From positions 16,182,001-16,246,000 of the forward strand of contig CP158635.1 in assembly GCA_050273025.1 (NCBI GenBank): DNA of 64,000 nt, given 5' to 3'. Position numbers and translations under genes: made by a program. Under the pieces are notes generated by a model. That model had not been told where the DNA came from and made no database searches. It worked only from the letters and a program-made list of their open reading frames with translations. Of the stretch, positions 26,901-39,798 are shown one piece after another (within the stretch, counting starts at the first letter, position 1; every line of letters starts with the position of its first letter). Source of the DNA: Cenococcum geophilum (Eukaryota).

Positions 26901-28761
26901 CGGTCTTTTGACAGGTAATGCGAGATGATGGCGCAAGAGCAGCGGCCCTGGCATGCATCGCAGATGGTGAAGTCCCAGGCACACCTCAGGATGAATGACG
27001 GGGCTGTCACCGCTCAAGCTACTACCGTGACGCTGGAGCAGCTTCGAGAACTAGCTCTGCAGTGTCGCATTGCAGGGCTGTAGATATGCAACCCATCTCT
27101 AGTGATCGAGCGAAGGGGAAAAATAGAGGCCTTATTAACACCTCCCGTCAATGCATCCCGAAGATTAGGTTGAATGATCGGGGGATGGCCCGGAGCGTAA
27201 AAGGTATGTTCCCCGTCCGTGGACATGCCCGGGGAAAGACAGCACAGCAGACATTGGCCAGGCCGCCTGCCGCACAAGCCCTGCGACCCAGCCCATGCGT
27301 CGGCCAATTAAAAGAAGTTCTTGGCGCGCCCGGAACGCCTACCGAAGGCTGATGTTTGCCGCGGCCGCCACAACCCAGGAGCGACGGAGCGATCACTGAA
27401 AAGGCGGAGGAGGTTCGTGTAGTGTGCTGGTGGTTTGCTGGTAGCCCGGCAACAGCCCGTTCGCGGCCTAAGAGGCTGCTCGATTCGGTAATCGAGATGG
27501 CGCGGATCGCCAGGCGGGCCTCGCGGGCAGCTACGGCGGTGGGTAAGTTTGACGTCCCTGGCCAGAGTGTGTCCGAGAGCTCGGATGGACCCGATGGACG
27601 GGGTCCTTTGTGCGGGAGTAGGCTGGCTTGCTCGGTTGATTGCTTGCTCGCTGGTTGCTGGTTGCCGACTGTTGGCTGATTCCTGGCTGATGGCTCATGG
27701 GTTCGTTCAAGGTTCGTCCAGGCTGCTGGCACCAGAGCGACGGCGGCTGCGAACAAGCAACCGCAACGGGGGCGGGACGCTGCAAGGAAACAATAAATCT
27801 AGATGGACTCTTACAGCCAGTTGGTACTTGAGCATGGCCCCGGGTTAGCTGCTGCTGCTGGTGATGCTGACAGCGTGATGGCAGATGGGGAAACATGGGC
27901 ACGCTGACGGACACAATGGGGTGATGGGTGATGTCGCTGATCGCCCAGCGATGGCGACGGGGATTTTCTTAGTGGCGTACAGAAGGAAGCAACCCTGCGC
28001 CTATCGTCGCGTTCTCTTCAACCTCCACCAACTGCCCTCCCACAGAAACGACATCAGCAATGTGGATCTCGGCGCCGGTGTCAAGCAACTGTCAGCATCG
28101 GTGAAAGGGGGGGGAGCGGGCCCATTGGTGTATTGGCCCTTTTTCGCTCTTTTGCCCATTGGCTCGCTGCTGAAATTTCTGCTGGCCCGCCCGGCGAATT
28201 TGCCCTTCCTGTCCGCACGTGTGGGTGTTAGACCTGCGTAGGTCTCTGTAGGTCTGCGTAGGCTTGTGTACTAAGGCGCAAGTACCTAGCCAAACATGTA
28301 TGATACTGACTTGTAGCTTCCTAGGTGTCTAGGTACGTCTCTCCTCCTCGGTCCCCCAAAAGCTCCATGCCCCATGCTCCATGCTCCGTGATCCAAGCTC
28401 CCAGCTTTCATGCACCAAAGCTAAGCTCCAATGCTCCGAGCCCCATTCTCCATACTGCCCGTCATGCTGGATGCTGCTATGGCTTTCATGCGAGTCCAAA
28501 AACAGAGCTCTCATCTCCGCCCTGTACTGCGCGGCTCCCCTCTGCCCTTGTCTACCTTTTCACTGTCGATCATCCGCAGTAAGAGTGGGGAGTCTTTCCA
28601 GTTGCTGTTCCTATGCTATTTTCGTGCAACCAGTCTGGCGCCTACTTCCCTTCTCAATCCCGCTGCTGCGAGGCTAGGTCAGATATCGCAGCCTTTGGAC
28701 TCGAGAGAACAGCGACACCGAGGCAAACGGTCCCGCGTCCTGCACCAAAGATAAATCTGGA

Positions 28762-28803
28762 TGTCTACCGTGTCTACCGTGTCTACCGTGTCCACCGTGT
28801 CTA
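28762..28803. repeat. 9-bp tandem repeat (TGTCTACCG) x ~4.5
   Basis: Directly visible. Confidence 0.9.
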
Positions 28804-30609
28804 TCCACACGTATGCACTAAAACCAGCCGTCAGGGGTTTAACGGCATTTAGCCCGCGCCCATGCAGCCTGCACCGAGAACCAGATCCAGAACCAGAGCA
28901 AGGTCCAGAGCCAGCGTAATTTATAGGGCCACTCACATGCTTGAGGCATTAACGCCTCACAGCAGGCCAGGTATAGCAAGCAGGCCTGGTACAGCAATAG
29001 TAGTATTACTTCATCCAGCTGCCTCCCGATTCATTTTGGGACCAGCTAGCTGCAATTGACCAGATACAGCTCTCAAGCCATCCTACCTCGCAACGTGGAG
29101 TTTTATTTTCCCTGGTAGGTATCATTCACGATATTCTCGAGCTCCCTGTTATAAGCAATTATTGGCGCTGTGCGACGGCTGTTTGGCCAAAGATCCAACG
29201 CGCAATTTCGACGCTTCCAGCTCCAACAGTTGGTCCTCGCTCGTGCCGGGTGTGGCGATTACGATGACGCTTGTTTCACTTGGTAGGATTCCAAAAGCAG
29301 CTTCCTGCGGCTGCTGAATAAGGCTTGCTGGGGCGTGAGTGCTTTGCTGCAGCGTAGGGCTGTATATGCGTGGGAGCAGTCGGCAGCCACACAGGCGCGG
29401 GCTTGACAATTTAATCTCCTGCTCGTCAATCATAAGCCACGCGGCCAGCTCGATCCGAACCTGGGTGTTGCTGATCCCGTTGTCTTGGCTCGTCTGGCGA
29501 TGAATGCATTCACCTGTCAGATTAAGCATATCGAATCCATCGAGGCAGCGCAGCGAAGGAAAGACCGGGCGGGGGGTTTGTACTCCCCCCTGCGCGGTCG
29601 GCGGCGAGTCAGTTGGGAGGGTGGAGGGCGATCTGCGTTTGCAGTCCTGGGTTGGCAGAGTGGCAGTTTTGCGACTTGGGGCCACTCTTTGGGGTAGCAA
29701 ACCGACGCGCAGGGAGGTAGGGACAGCAGGAAGGGGTGGGTGGGCAGGGAGGCAGGGCGGCAGGGAGGGCATCTGTGGCTGCGGGCCTTCCATCGCATGC
29801 ATCGCGGCATCGCGGGCGCTGCAGGTTGCTTCACTCCACAACGACCAACGCTAAGGCGTGCTCGTGCCTTCGTGGAGTGCCGACCTCTCGGAGAATAGAG
29901 ACCAAACCTTAAGGGCAAGCCCAGTCAGCTGTCAGAAGCTCAGACACGGGCCTGGCACGCCGGATTACCCTGCCAGTTTAGCAGCTTAGCAGCTAAGCAG
30001 CTTAGTAGCTTAGGGCTCTTGCCGCCATCGACGACGCCTCCCTTGTCGAGAGTGCGTCTTCGCCGTCCTGCCTGCCTACATCTACCTACATAGTCGCGAT
30101 CTTTTACCTGTGGAGAAAGGGTAGTTGCGCTCGATCGCTGCGACGCTGCTTCACATCCTTCCCCCGCCACGACGCACATAGCTGTACGCGGACAAGAGCA
30201 TTATTAACGTCCAACTGTTATCGAACCCGTTGCAGCCATCCTGGGTCGAGACCACAGCCCACAAAACCACACACAGTAATCTTCTCCCGGATATCCCCTC
30301 AATCCCCATCGTTGGATAGACTTGCTCCCCACCACTGCCGCCGCTGTTGTTGCTTTCTCTACGCTTTATTCTTCGTTTCCCAACGCTCATCATCTTTACG
30401 CTTTAACTTTCGGTGAGTAAACTCTCATGCCTTCTACTCTTCGCTTCTAGCCCGACAGCCTGGCAGGCCGGACATACTCCACTACAGACTTTCAATAGTG
30501 TCAACCATCCTGTTTAACTTTCTCGGCGCCTGGTTTGCCATGGTCACATCAACAGACAAGTTTTGCTCAGTCAAACTGACCGAGTACTTATAGCTCATGC
30601 CATCGCCCC

Positions 30610-32269
30610 ATGGAGTATCTCACCCTCCATGATATTCCACATCGATACAGTTCTTTAATTCCAAGTACCATGACTGGCCGAGAATCAGGCGATCCCAAGA
30701 GGGATCCGTCTCATTCCAGCATAGCCACAGTACGTAGTAATCCTTGTCCGATTTGTCAATGCTCCCCCAAATCTTCCCATCAGCCCTGTCCAGAACCTCT
30801 AGAAATAGAGAACTCGGCAGTGCGATTCTCTTCTCCCCTTCCACCGCCCAAACGCAAGTTTCCTTCCATCGAGGAACTTGGATTGAACAGAATGAATGAC
30901 CTGTGCCATCAGGGAAATGGCAATCCTCTCCGCCATTCCCCGCCGTACCAAAATGGCGAGCGCCGGAATTCCATGCAACTACCGTCGTTTTCAACGGTAA
31001 GTCCTCTAGTTCTCGCCCAAACGCTCAGTCCAGCCTTCTGACGGGCGAGTTCGCAGTTGCTGCAAGCGGTAGAGCCCTCACCTCCGAGTACGCCTGCTCG
31101 AATGCAAGCTTCCATGGAAAGCTCTCCTATAGATCGCTCCATACCTAAACCGTGCTTCGACGACCCACTATGGATTGTTGATCCTAAGCGGAGAAGGGTG
31201 GACAGGGCCTCGGAGAACAGCTTGAGTCGGTTGCCGAATGATTCGATCGACTATCAGCCGTTGGACGGTCGGCGTTCGAGTGCCAGATCGGATTTGTTTG
31301 ATCCGAGCATGACCCCTAACTATGATTCTCCCAGGACTTCAAGTTCTTCGTCCGGTGGCCAGAGTTCCCTTCGTTCGTTTCATCATCGGCCTAGTTTTGG
31401 GCATGCTCCTTCCTCGACGCTATCGTACTCTCGACAACCGTCGCCTACCATGTACCAAAGACAGCCTTTATTGCAGCAACGACCGCTTGGAGCACCATAT
31501 GGGCCACCACCATTACCACCGCCAGGACACGTCGGTGAGGGTCTCGTTCCGCACAGGCAGAGTTTTAGCTACGAGGATCCGCAGCAGTACGACAAAAATA
31601 CGGCTCGTCACGACACGCACCGGCAAGGGGACGATCGTAGATATTCGCTCATGCCTGATCAGCGACATCTGCCAGATCCCGGTTTCTACCAGCATCAAAA
31701 CTACAATCAGTACACGTTCCAGTCGTCTTCGGGAGTCAATGATGGCCAGTTCCAACGGAAACGCAGAGGCAACCTACCGAAGGAGGCGACCAGTCAACTG
31801 AAGGCTTGGTTCAACGCACATCGAGACTCTCCTTATCCATCGGAAGACGAGAAATATGCACTTTGCTCGTCGACTGGGTTAACGCTGAATCAGGTACGTA
31901 AGGTTTCCATTTTTTAGGAGCTCCAGGTCCCAATCAAGCCTCAGCTGTCGTTCAACCGTCTCTCAGACGTCTTTCAACTATCCTTCAGTCGAACCACCTG
32001 TCTGTCTTGTTCAATTGCATCTAACAGTTATCCCTCTTTCACGAGCCATCTTTCGCATCCCATGTCAATGTCATCCAACTCGTGCTGACTTTTCCAAGGT
32101 CAGTAATTGGTTCATCAATGCGCGGCGTCGCAATCCTGCAGGTGAAAACCGTCAACGTGATGGTGCCGTCAGTGACGATCCTGCTGGGCCACCCGACCTG
32201 GAGAACACGGGGTCTCGGGAGCATAGGCAAGAAAATGGCAACCTGGCTTCCAAATACTTCTCTGCCTAG
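30610..32269 (+). CDS. TALE-class (Homeobox_KN) homeodomain transcription factor, Cup9/Tos8-like
   Basis: Exons 30610-30996, 31057-31893 and 32099-32269 give RKRRGNLPKEATSQLKAWFNAHRDSPYPSEDEK...LTLNQVSNWFINARRR, with the PYP loop and WFINARRR. Probable 5'UTR intron at ~30413-30592. Confidence 0.93.
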
Positions 32270-33456
32270 CCAACTCCGACGTTTTAAACTGCGTCCAGAA
32301 ACATTTACTCGTATGATTTGATCGAGATGAAAGCCGGGTTCCACCAGCGATGGGTTCATGCAACATTCCAGCAAACTCTGTGACGGAAATTTTTCGAGAA
32401 GCGGGCCTTCTTATACTATGGTTATGGAAGGAGCGTTTGGTTTGAGGGAATTTACTGAGATACCCTCTGGTTATAATTTCAGTCTATGGTGAATGGAGTG
32501 GATAGCAGGACAGCAACTGCTAGACTCGTTCGACCTTTCCTTCGACGAGGGAGTTATTGGACATTCACTCATGCGGGAATGTCGGATATTTCTCAAAGGC
32601 CACACAGCATGGGTAAAGATGGTTGGGCATCATTCTCGGACGCATGGTTAGACCCTCGCTATACAGCGATAGAACTGTGTTTTTTTTTAGAATTCTACGA
32701 CGAGAGCTGGTGTCTCAGGGCCCCATGGATATGTGGAGCCATAGAAGAATGGCTGAATGGATTTCATCATTTAAGATTTTCCTACACTTTATACCTTCAT
32801 TTCAGCACATGGCCGGGAGAACGGGCTTGTTGTACCGCATCCACTCGGCATCATCACGGCGTTATATGGCATGGTTACGGCGCATGACTATGGATATGGA
32901 ACTCTGTATATACCCCACCGACTGTGTTAGTATAATGTATATTCTTATTCAACAAATGCAGGTCATTAGTTTCATGGAGCACGGCTGAATTGGACGGGTG
33001 ACCCGGCAAATGCAGATTTCAATATCAACAGCATTCGATGAATGATGGGAATCCATGTCAATTATGAAGATACATGACTGTCATGGCTTTGGATTTCAGC
33101 GCGTGGGATTAAGCGACATGGCCGTGGCGTCGGTATCCAGTTTTTTATTCAGTCTGACTCGGAGATTCTCGGGTATCAGTTTAGGTAAGGTTCAACCAAG
33201 GTTCCTGTCCTCAGCACACCCGAATCGGGGCATATGGACGTCCGAGATTACGTCGTACTGACATGCTTTCACAGACCCACCGAAGTGAATATTTTAGCAC
33301 AACCGATGCACAAAGTCAAAGATTGTTGATCCAATGACTCCTTACTCAACCATCTACCAACAAAACCATAAGTCCATCCTACGTACCATGGCCGTAGCAT
33401 ATCGCCACCATTGTTGCTTAAGGTTAACTTTTCAAACCTCGAAACTAACCGGGGCG

Positions 33457-33507
33457 GCTCTGGCCAGAACAGCTCTGGCCGAGACAGCTCTGGCCGAGAC
33501 AGCTCTG
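33457..33507. repeat. 15-bp tandem repeat (GCTCTGGCCGAGACA) x ~3.5, possibly a DNA-transposon subterminal remnant
   Basis: The repeat is directly visible; the transposon origin is inference. Confidence 0.6.
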
Positions 33508-34938
33508 ACCTTCAGCATACAATCTGGTTGTTATCATAAACTCATCATCGACCGAAAGAGGAATTGTTGCACGACAAGATAGTATTACATTCTGATACCT
33601 GACAGGCTATTTCCGGAAAATCACTGACGGATACCCGCTGAATGTCATACGACACTCACCCGGCTATCCAGGGCACAGTCGCGCAACTTCAATTTGTCCG
33701 TGCCCAGTTTGGCCTTGGTCTTCTATACAACGATCCTTGACTCGTTTATTGTTTTGGGCTAACGAAGAAAACGAAAAGGAAAAGGCGAAGAAAGAGGGCG
33801 GTCTTTGCACCTCTTAACAACTAATGTCTACCGCATTCAACATCACCATGACTGCCTGGTAATTCCGTCAACCTCAGATTACAATCGGGCTTCCATCTTG
33901 TCATTCAATCTCACAGTAAAGCTCCTCCGTGGCGCAAACTCCACCATCGAGCACTTACCGAGCCAAAAGGGTGCCGATCGTCAAGCCTGATTATAATTCT
34001 CCGACACCACCTTATCAGATCCTACCCCTGAGCCACCCTCAGCACCGACCTCCAACCAAGAAGAAGCAAACACGACTCCCCCGATCATGCCCATCACCAA
34101 GCAAATTCCTCTTATCCTCAACTCCAAACCCTGCACCTCATCCAGGCACTCAAACCCCTTCCCCAGCCTACCGCCAAGCCCACTCGGCCCCTTCAGCTCC
34201 ACCCTCCTCACCAGGCAACCCTCCTAGCCCAACAGCCTCACGAAACCTATGCGCTCGAAATAAGGTTTTCCGAATCAGGACGTCCGATCTACAGCGCCGG
34301 ATACAAGCGAGGGGGGGGTAGCACAGCCCAGCCCACACCCCGCACCCCACACTCCCCTTCTTCCCCCGCCTTTCCGGCGGGGACCCCTTGCATGAAGCTT
34401 AAGTCGACGTCTTTCACGGACGGAACTTGGGGGAGGGTTTCACATGCGCTTTGCCGGGGTTCTTTCCGGGAGGCTAGAACCGGTGCCGAGGTCACGTTAT
34501 TGGGTGGTCTGATATTCTCCGGGTCTGATATTCTCCGATATTCTGCTGGCCTGATAATTCTCCGAGGGGGGCTTCTTGCGGGGTTGACTATGTGCGAGTG
34601 CAGTGGGGGTGGTGACGAGAGTGGTGGGTGCGGGAATGCAGCGGGATGAGGGATGATAGTGGGAATATAGCGAATTCACTGATTATTGCGGATATATAGC
34701 GGGATGAATATCCCTAGTATGTATTCGACTTGGCCTTTATGTGCAAAAAAAAACTTTTAAATATTAACACGGAAACCAGGATCGCTAGTCCCGATTTCGT
34801 TGCATGTACATGGCCCGACCCATCCATCCGCACGCCGTCGTGTCTTTGTATCATCGCGAGCACATCCGCTCCGTATCACAGCAGCACTGCCGCTCTCTCT
34901 AACCCGCCCTCCTCCCCATTCCCCCAACCTAACGCAAT

Positions 34939-37190
34939 CTACTCCCCATCCCTCACCCCGCTCCTCCTCCTCCACTTCCACCTCTTCTTCCCCCCCTCTC
35001 CCCCTCCCTCCCCATCCCCATCCCTCCCCCCTTCCCTCCCCCCACCAAACCCCATCCCCACCGCCTCTCCCCTCATAACCCCGCCCACGGGCCTCCCCAT
35101 CCCAACCTGAATCCCCTTCTCCCCAAACCGCCCCTCCACCCCGATCCCGATCCCGCTGTGCCCGCTCTCGAAGCTCGCCCGCGCCGGCGACGACCGCTCC
35201 GTCCCCGCCACCTCATCGCTGCTCCACCAGCCCTCAGGCCGCGAGGTCGACGTCTGGTTTGTCGCGTGGCTGTGGCTGTGGCTGTGGCTGTGGCTGTGCA
35301 GAGCCGAGTGCGCGGGGGAAGCGGCAGCGGTAGCGGGAGGGACCGTCTCACGAGCAGGCGCGTGGCTGGATCCGCCGGCGGAGGCGAGGAGCGCGCGCGG
35401 GGGCGTCGTGGGCGGGGTCGTGGAGGCTGCGTGCTCGCGCGGATTGGCCTGCCATCCGTCCAGCGATGCGGCGGTGGCGGTGGTGGCGGGGGTATGGCTG
35501 ACCTTCCTTGCGCGGAAGGCTGTCGGGCTGCTCGAGCTCTCGTCGTCGTCGTCGTCGTCGTCGCTGGCGGGCAGGGCGCCGGAGTCCGGGAGGCTGAATT
35601 TGGCTGGGGCATAGTGGTCCCTCCTTCTGCCCGATTTGTGCGACGGGTCGTGAGGGGTGTTGGTGCTGCCGCCGTTCCCGCTGCCGCCGCCGGAGTCGCT
35701 GGCGGCGTACTCGTCTAGCGCGTCGAAGACGTGCGGGAACACGAGCTCGTCGACCGTGCTGGCCCACAGGAAGTCGAGGTGCTCGTAGTGCGGGATCTCC
35801 TTGGCCTGCGTGTGGCGCGGCAGCTCCTTCAGCATCACGTCGATGTCGACCAGGCTGTCCGAGCCGCCATACACGAGCACGATGGGCGTCTTGATGTTGC
35901 GCGTCGGGAACTTGGCGATCTTGTAGTACTTGTTCCGGTTCGTGAGGGCCAGCGGCGCTTCGTCGTCGTACATTTGGAACACGCCGTTGCGGATGATTTG
36001 GAACCAGTGGACCACGCTTTTGGTGGACGTGAAGGAGTAGAGGTGCGGGTATGCCGCTAGCTTCTGATGCGGGCTGATGTTGTGGGCTTGCCAGCCGAAG
36101 AGGAAGGAGAGGGATATATCGATTAGCCGGATGAAGATGGGCGGATAGAGGATTGCCTGCCACATCGTCGCTGATCCTAGAATTGCCCTACGACCGAATG
36201 CGAGGAAGAGAACTTCGGGTGAGGCTTTGACGAAGGAGTCGACGATTGTGGACGTAAGGCCTTTGGGAGACATGGCGGGTGCGAGTGCTATAAAGACGTC
36301 GACTTTGTCGTTAAGGGTTGGGTGGATAGAGAGGGTGGCGAAAGCTTGCGCTGTACCTTGCGAGAAGCCAATGTACGATAGAGAAGGTTGACTAGTAGTG
36401 CTGAGAATGTAGTTGATGGAGTCGGGAATATCATGAAACGCGAACTGGTCCATGGAAAAATTCCAGAAGGCGGTGGATGTCGGGGCACAGTGGACACATT
36501 TTTTGGAATATTTATTACCCCGATTATTCCCAAGCTGGAGAAACGTTAGCACGGATATCCAAAGCTAGTGGATTCAATAATGTATTTTGGGGACACGTAG
36601 GAATACATTAAATGTGCAAATTTTAAAGCAGTACTGCGTCATGTATGAAGACAATTAGAGCAGTATTGAAGAGTAATACTCACCCAAACATCGTACCCTC
36701 TCTCCACCAGCAAAAAGGGCAAACACCTCTCCCTCTCCGTTATGCACACCCAAACCTCACTATTCATGAGTAGACCATGATGTAGGTACACAACCTTCTT
36801 CTTCAAACTTCCCGGCCCGCTATTAACCCTCATATCTTCCTCCCCTCTCCTCCATCCTAACCTATGGAGCCCGAGCAAATACCCGTCACCTGTCTGTACT
36901 ACATGCTCTTCCGCATAGTAACCAAACAGCTCGCAAAGCTCCGAGAAGTCTGATGCAGTAGCAATGGAGGAGGAAATGGCCTTTTTCTTATTGCGTGAAC
37001 GACGACCCTGGGGAGACGAGAGGTAGTTGAAAGCGCTACGGGTGGCGCGATAGCAGAGCTTGATTACCGGCGGAGGGAGCGCAAGCGTGATGATACTAAT
37101 TAGGGATTCAAGACCGATAAGGATGAAGGAGACAAGTAAGGCGAGATATTCACGGATGTGCAGGCGGCCGAGGAAGGGGACACGCGCCAT
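34939..37190 (-). CDS. AB-hydrolase lipase / sterol esterase (Tgl1/Yeh1-like)
   Basis: Exons 37190-36684 and 36534-34939. EEHVVQTGDGYLLGLHR, YLHHGLLMNSEVW, GYDVW-LGNNRGNKYS, GFSQG nucleophile, GGSDSLV, YEHLDF; N-terminal hydrophobic anchor; low-complexity tail. Confidence 0.95.
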
Positions 37191-37703
37191 GGTGGTACAT
37201 AAGGGGGTAGATGGATGCGTGGAGTGATAATAGAGGCAGGAATTGAGGTTAGTGTGCTGGAGGATTTGTTCGGTATCGTACGTGCAGTCAAGAAAGTAGG
37301 GGAGGGATTATGGTTTTTGTAGGTTAAGCAAGACAGAAGCTTAAGGTGACGGCATGTTCATATATGCAAGCGGCAAGACAATTGAGCTATGAGAACAAGA
37401 GGTAAGGGTGGAAGTAAGGTGGTTGAGGACATGGATAGGGCTGGGGTTGGTGTTGAGCATCTCTTCCCCACCGAACAACGGCCCCCTTAAACGCTTTGAA
37501 GGTTCGTCATGGAAACTGACTGACATGTGACGACTAGGTCGGTGGCTATGAGGCTCTGCGGCACGGAAAAATGCCGGAACAAGCTCGCATGGCTTCCCTT
37601 GTCCAATCCGAAATCTTCCCTCTCTCTAAAACTACTACACCGTACACGAGTACCTTCGTCTCCCTCCAATGCAGCCGTGATATCTATCGCAATAAGGCTT
37701 GTC

Positions 37704-38148
37704 ATGCCATCTTCTTGCAAGGACATCCGTACGCGCCTCTCCAACTCCATCATCACTACTGTCTTCTTGCTGACAGCTCGCCGAGCGTACAGGCGCCGCC
37801 TTGGCTGCGTGCCTTCAAAATTCTGATTGTATCATGGTGGAGCGCAACAGTCCTAGTGATTGCCTTCGGCCACCCCTCAACTCAACTCTACCTACGAGGT
37901 GTCAGCAGTTACAAAAGGGCTACGGAGAATGCAAGCGTGGGATGGTCGATATGCGCAAAAGATTTCGCGGCAATCGACCTGTAGCAACGAGCACTGAGTT
38001 GGAGGGGTCGGGAGGTGGAGACGCCAACGCAGGGACCATCGAAGAGAAGGGTTATATGCTTTATGCCGGAAAACCGGCAGCTGGTATTAGAGCTACCAGC
38101 GGGAATGAAGGAGAGCAAGGGGAATACGGCGTTGACAAAAAAGCATGA
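37704..38148 (+). CDS. PET191: Cytochrome c oxidase assembly factor Pet191/COA5 (twin-Cx9C type)
   Basis: Exon 1 37704-37728 (MPSSCKDI), intron 37729-37792 (GTACGC..CTGAC..TACAG), exon 2 RAALAACLQNSDCIMVERNSPSDCL...CQQLQKGYGECKRGMVDMRKRFRGN. Confidence 0.93.
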
Positions 38149-39612
38149 GATATGACAGGAGGGGAGGAGAGACTGGGCTCCAACAGAGCTGGAGAGGAAT
38201 GACGGAAAATATTCCTCGGATAGGTTGGTTTCCATTGTTGAAGAAGCAGAGAAGCGTGGAGCAAACCCTGGATTGTTGAACGAAAGACCCGCATGGGGAA
38301 GGTAAAAATGGGCCGAACAGGGCATTTGTGTGATTTCCAAGGCGCCGGTGATACAGCTGCAGGAGCAAATATGTGCCCGAGCTTGTGTGGAGCCGAAGGT
38401 GTGGTGGGGGGCGGGGCATTATCATACGGCCGTTTTTTGATATTGGATGCATGGATGTGATTGTGCAACGGACTTCGCCGCTTTCTCATACGTCAGGCAT
38501 ATTGTACATAATTATCTACGTAAATACGCAGCTCTAAATCTATGCATCTATTTGCACACACAAATATTCGTCTGTGCGCTCCTGAGCACTGCTAGCGTTG
38601 CTGCCTACGGGCGCTGAAGTCAAAATTTAGTTTGAGACCATCGCCCTCCGCATCGTCCATCTTACCCCTTTTTTGACAATGAAGGACAACAGCGGTGTAG
38701 GGTTCTAAATCCAAGCCACGCAGGCTCCGTTGGGCAGTGGAAAGGTGCGCAAAGGGCAAAGGGCAAAGGTAGCCAACAATGGAGGGCGAGGTGACGTTTG
38801 AATAAAGCCGATTCGCAGGGCGCACATCAGCTGCAAGCCCAAGAGCCGCTCCGGTGAGGCTGGCCGCCCTAAAGTTTTGCTTGCAAATTGGGTTTTCTCA
38901 AGGCAGTTTTTCCCGGCTGCACCGCAGTGCGTAAAGCCACAGCCGCCGGTTGGCTTACTTGTTTCACAAGGACGACAGCTCGCAAAAGTACTGGTAATTC
39001 ATCATTTAGTAATTCTAACGTATTATTTGCGCTACAAAGTGCTAAAAATGTGAACACCCAACCCATAGCCAAGGTAGGAGACCCAAGTCTCACGGCAGAT
39101 CCAAAACAGCACATGCCGCCGCCGTACTTCGGGTAAAGAAAGGTGCCTCCACATGATAACGTTGAAGAAAAAAAAGAGCAGACAAAGGTAGGGTAACTGA
39201 GCAGCCTTCGCCGAAAGGAAACAACACAGAGTAACGAGCAATACGGAATATAACCTTAGAAGCCGGAAAAAAATTGGCATATTGGAGAAGAAGAAAGGGG
39301 CGGCGGCATAGGTGAAGAATAAGTAGAAGATCAGTAATGAAGCCCCAGAACAAATTTCCTATTAATTAAGATGTGTCTCCAAGAAAGTTTTTCAGGCCCC
39401 TATACTTGTCTTCTGCGAGGGACTCTGTTCGTAATAGTGTTTCGACGGTGAGGCAGGTTGTAAGGGGCAGCATGAAGATCCATGAAAATGCTCTAATTAA
39501 GTGGGCTAGTCTGTAGTATATGTTAGTTATCATCCTTGGAACTTTATTGGGATGGGCTATGAAACGAACCGGAATGAGCATGTTATTTTCTAGACTCGAT
39601 AGCGCAGCTGCA

Positions 39613-39798
39613 TTACAACCCAGAGGCTCCCTCAACTGCTTCTGCATTGCATGTTGAACAGCCCTGATGGCCGCAGTTGATGCATGCTGCGTACAATGCT
39701 AGCAGCATCGGTCCGTAGTGACAGGAGCAGCAGTAGAAGTACGCTGAATCAGGACCGGAGGTATGGGGGCCGGAAGAGGGATGGAGTGCTGGAATCAT
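39613..39798 (-). CDS. Small Cys/His-motif protein, single domain (61 aa); probably an internally deleted paralog
   Basis: FYCCSCHYGPMLLALYAACINCGHQGCSTC; paralogous to the genes at 40793 and 43048. Confidence 0.65.
   Translation of the reverse strand: MIPALHPSSGPHTSGPDSAYFYCCSCHYGPMLLALYAACINCGHQGCSTCNAEAVEGASGL

Noticed and set aside
26230..29920. Several 100-230 aa ORFs (27148-27756, 29149-29841 and others)
   Set aside because: Mutually overlapping, in GC-rich sequence, low complexity and with no recognisable motif; likely spurious.
33929..34680. Possible decayed gene downstream of the lipase
   Set aside because: Only short, stop-interrupted low-complexity frames; no family could be recognised.
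35073..36163. Long alternative-frame and antisense ORFs over the lipase
   Set aside because: Expected from stop-codon scarcity in very GC-rich coding DNA.
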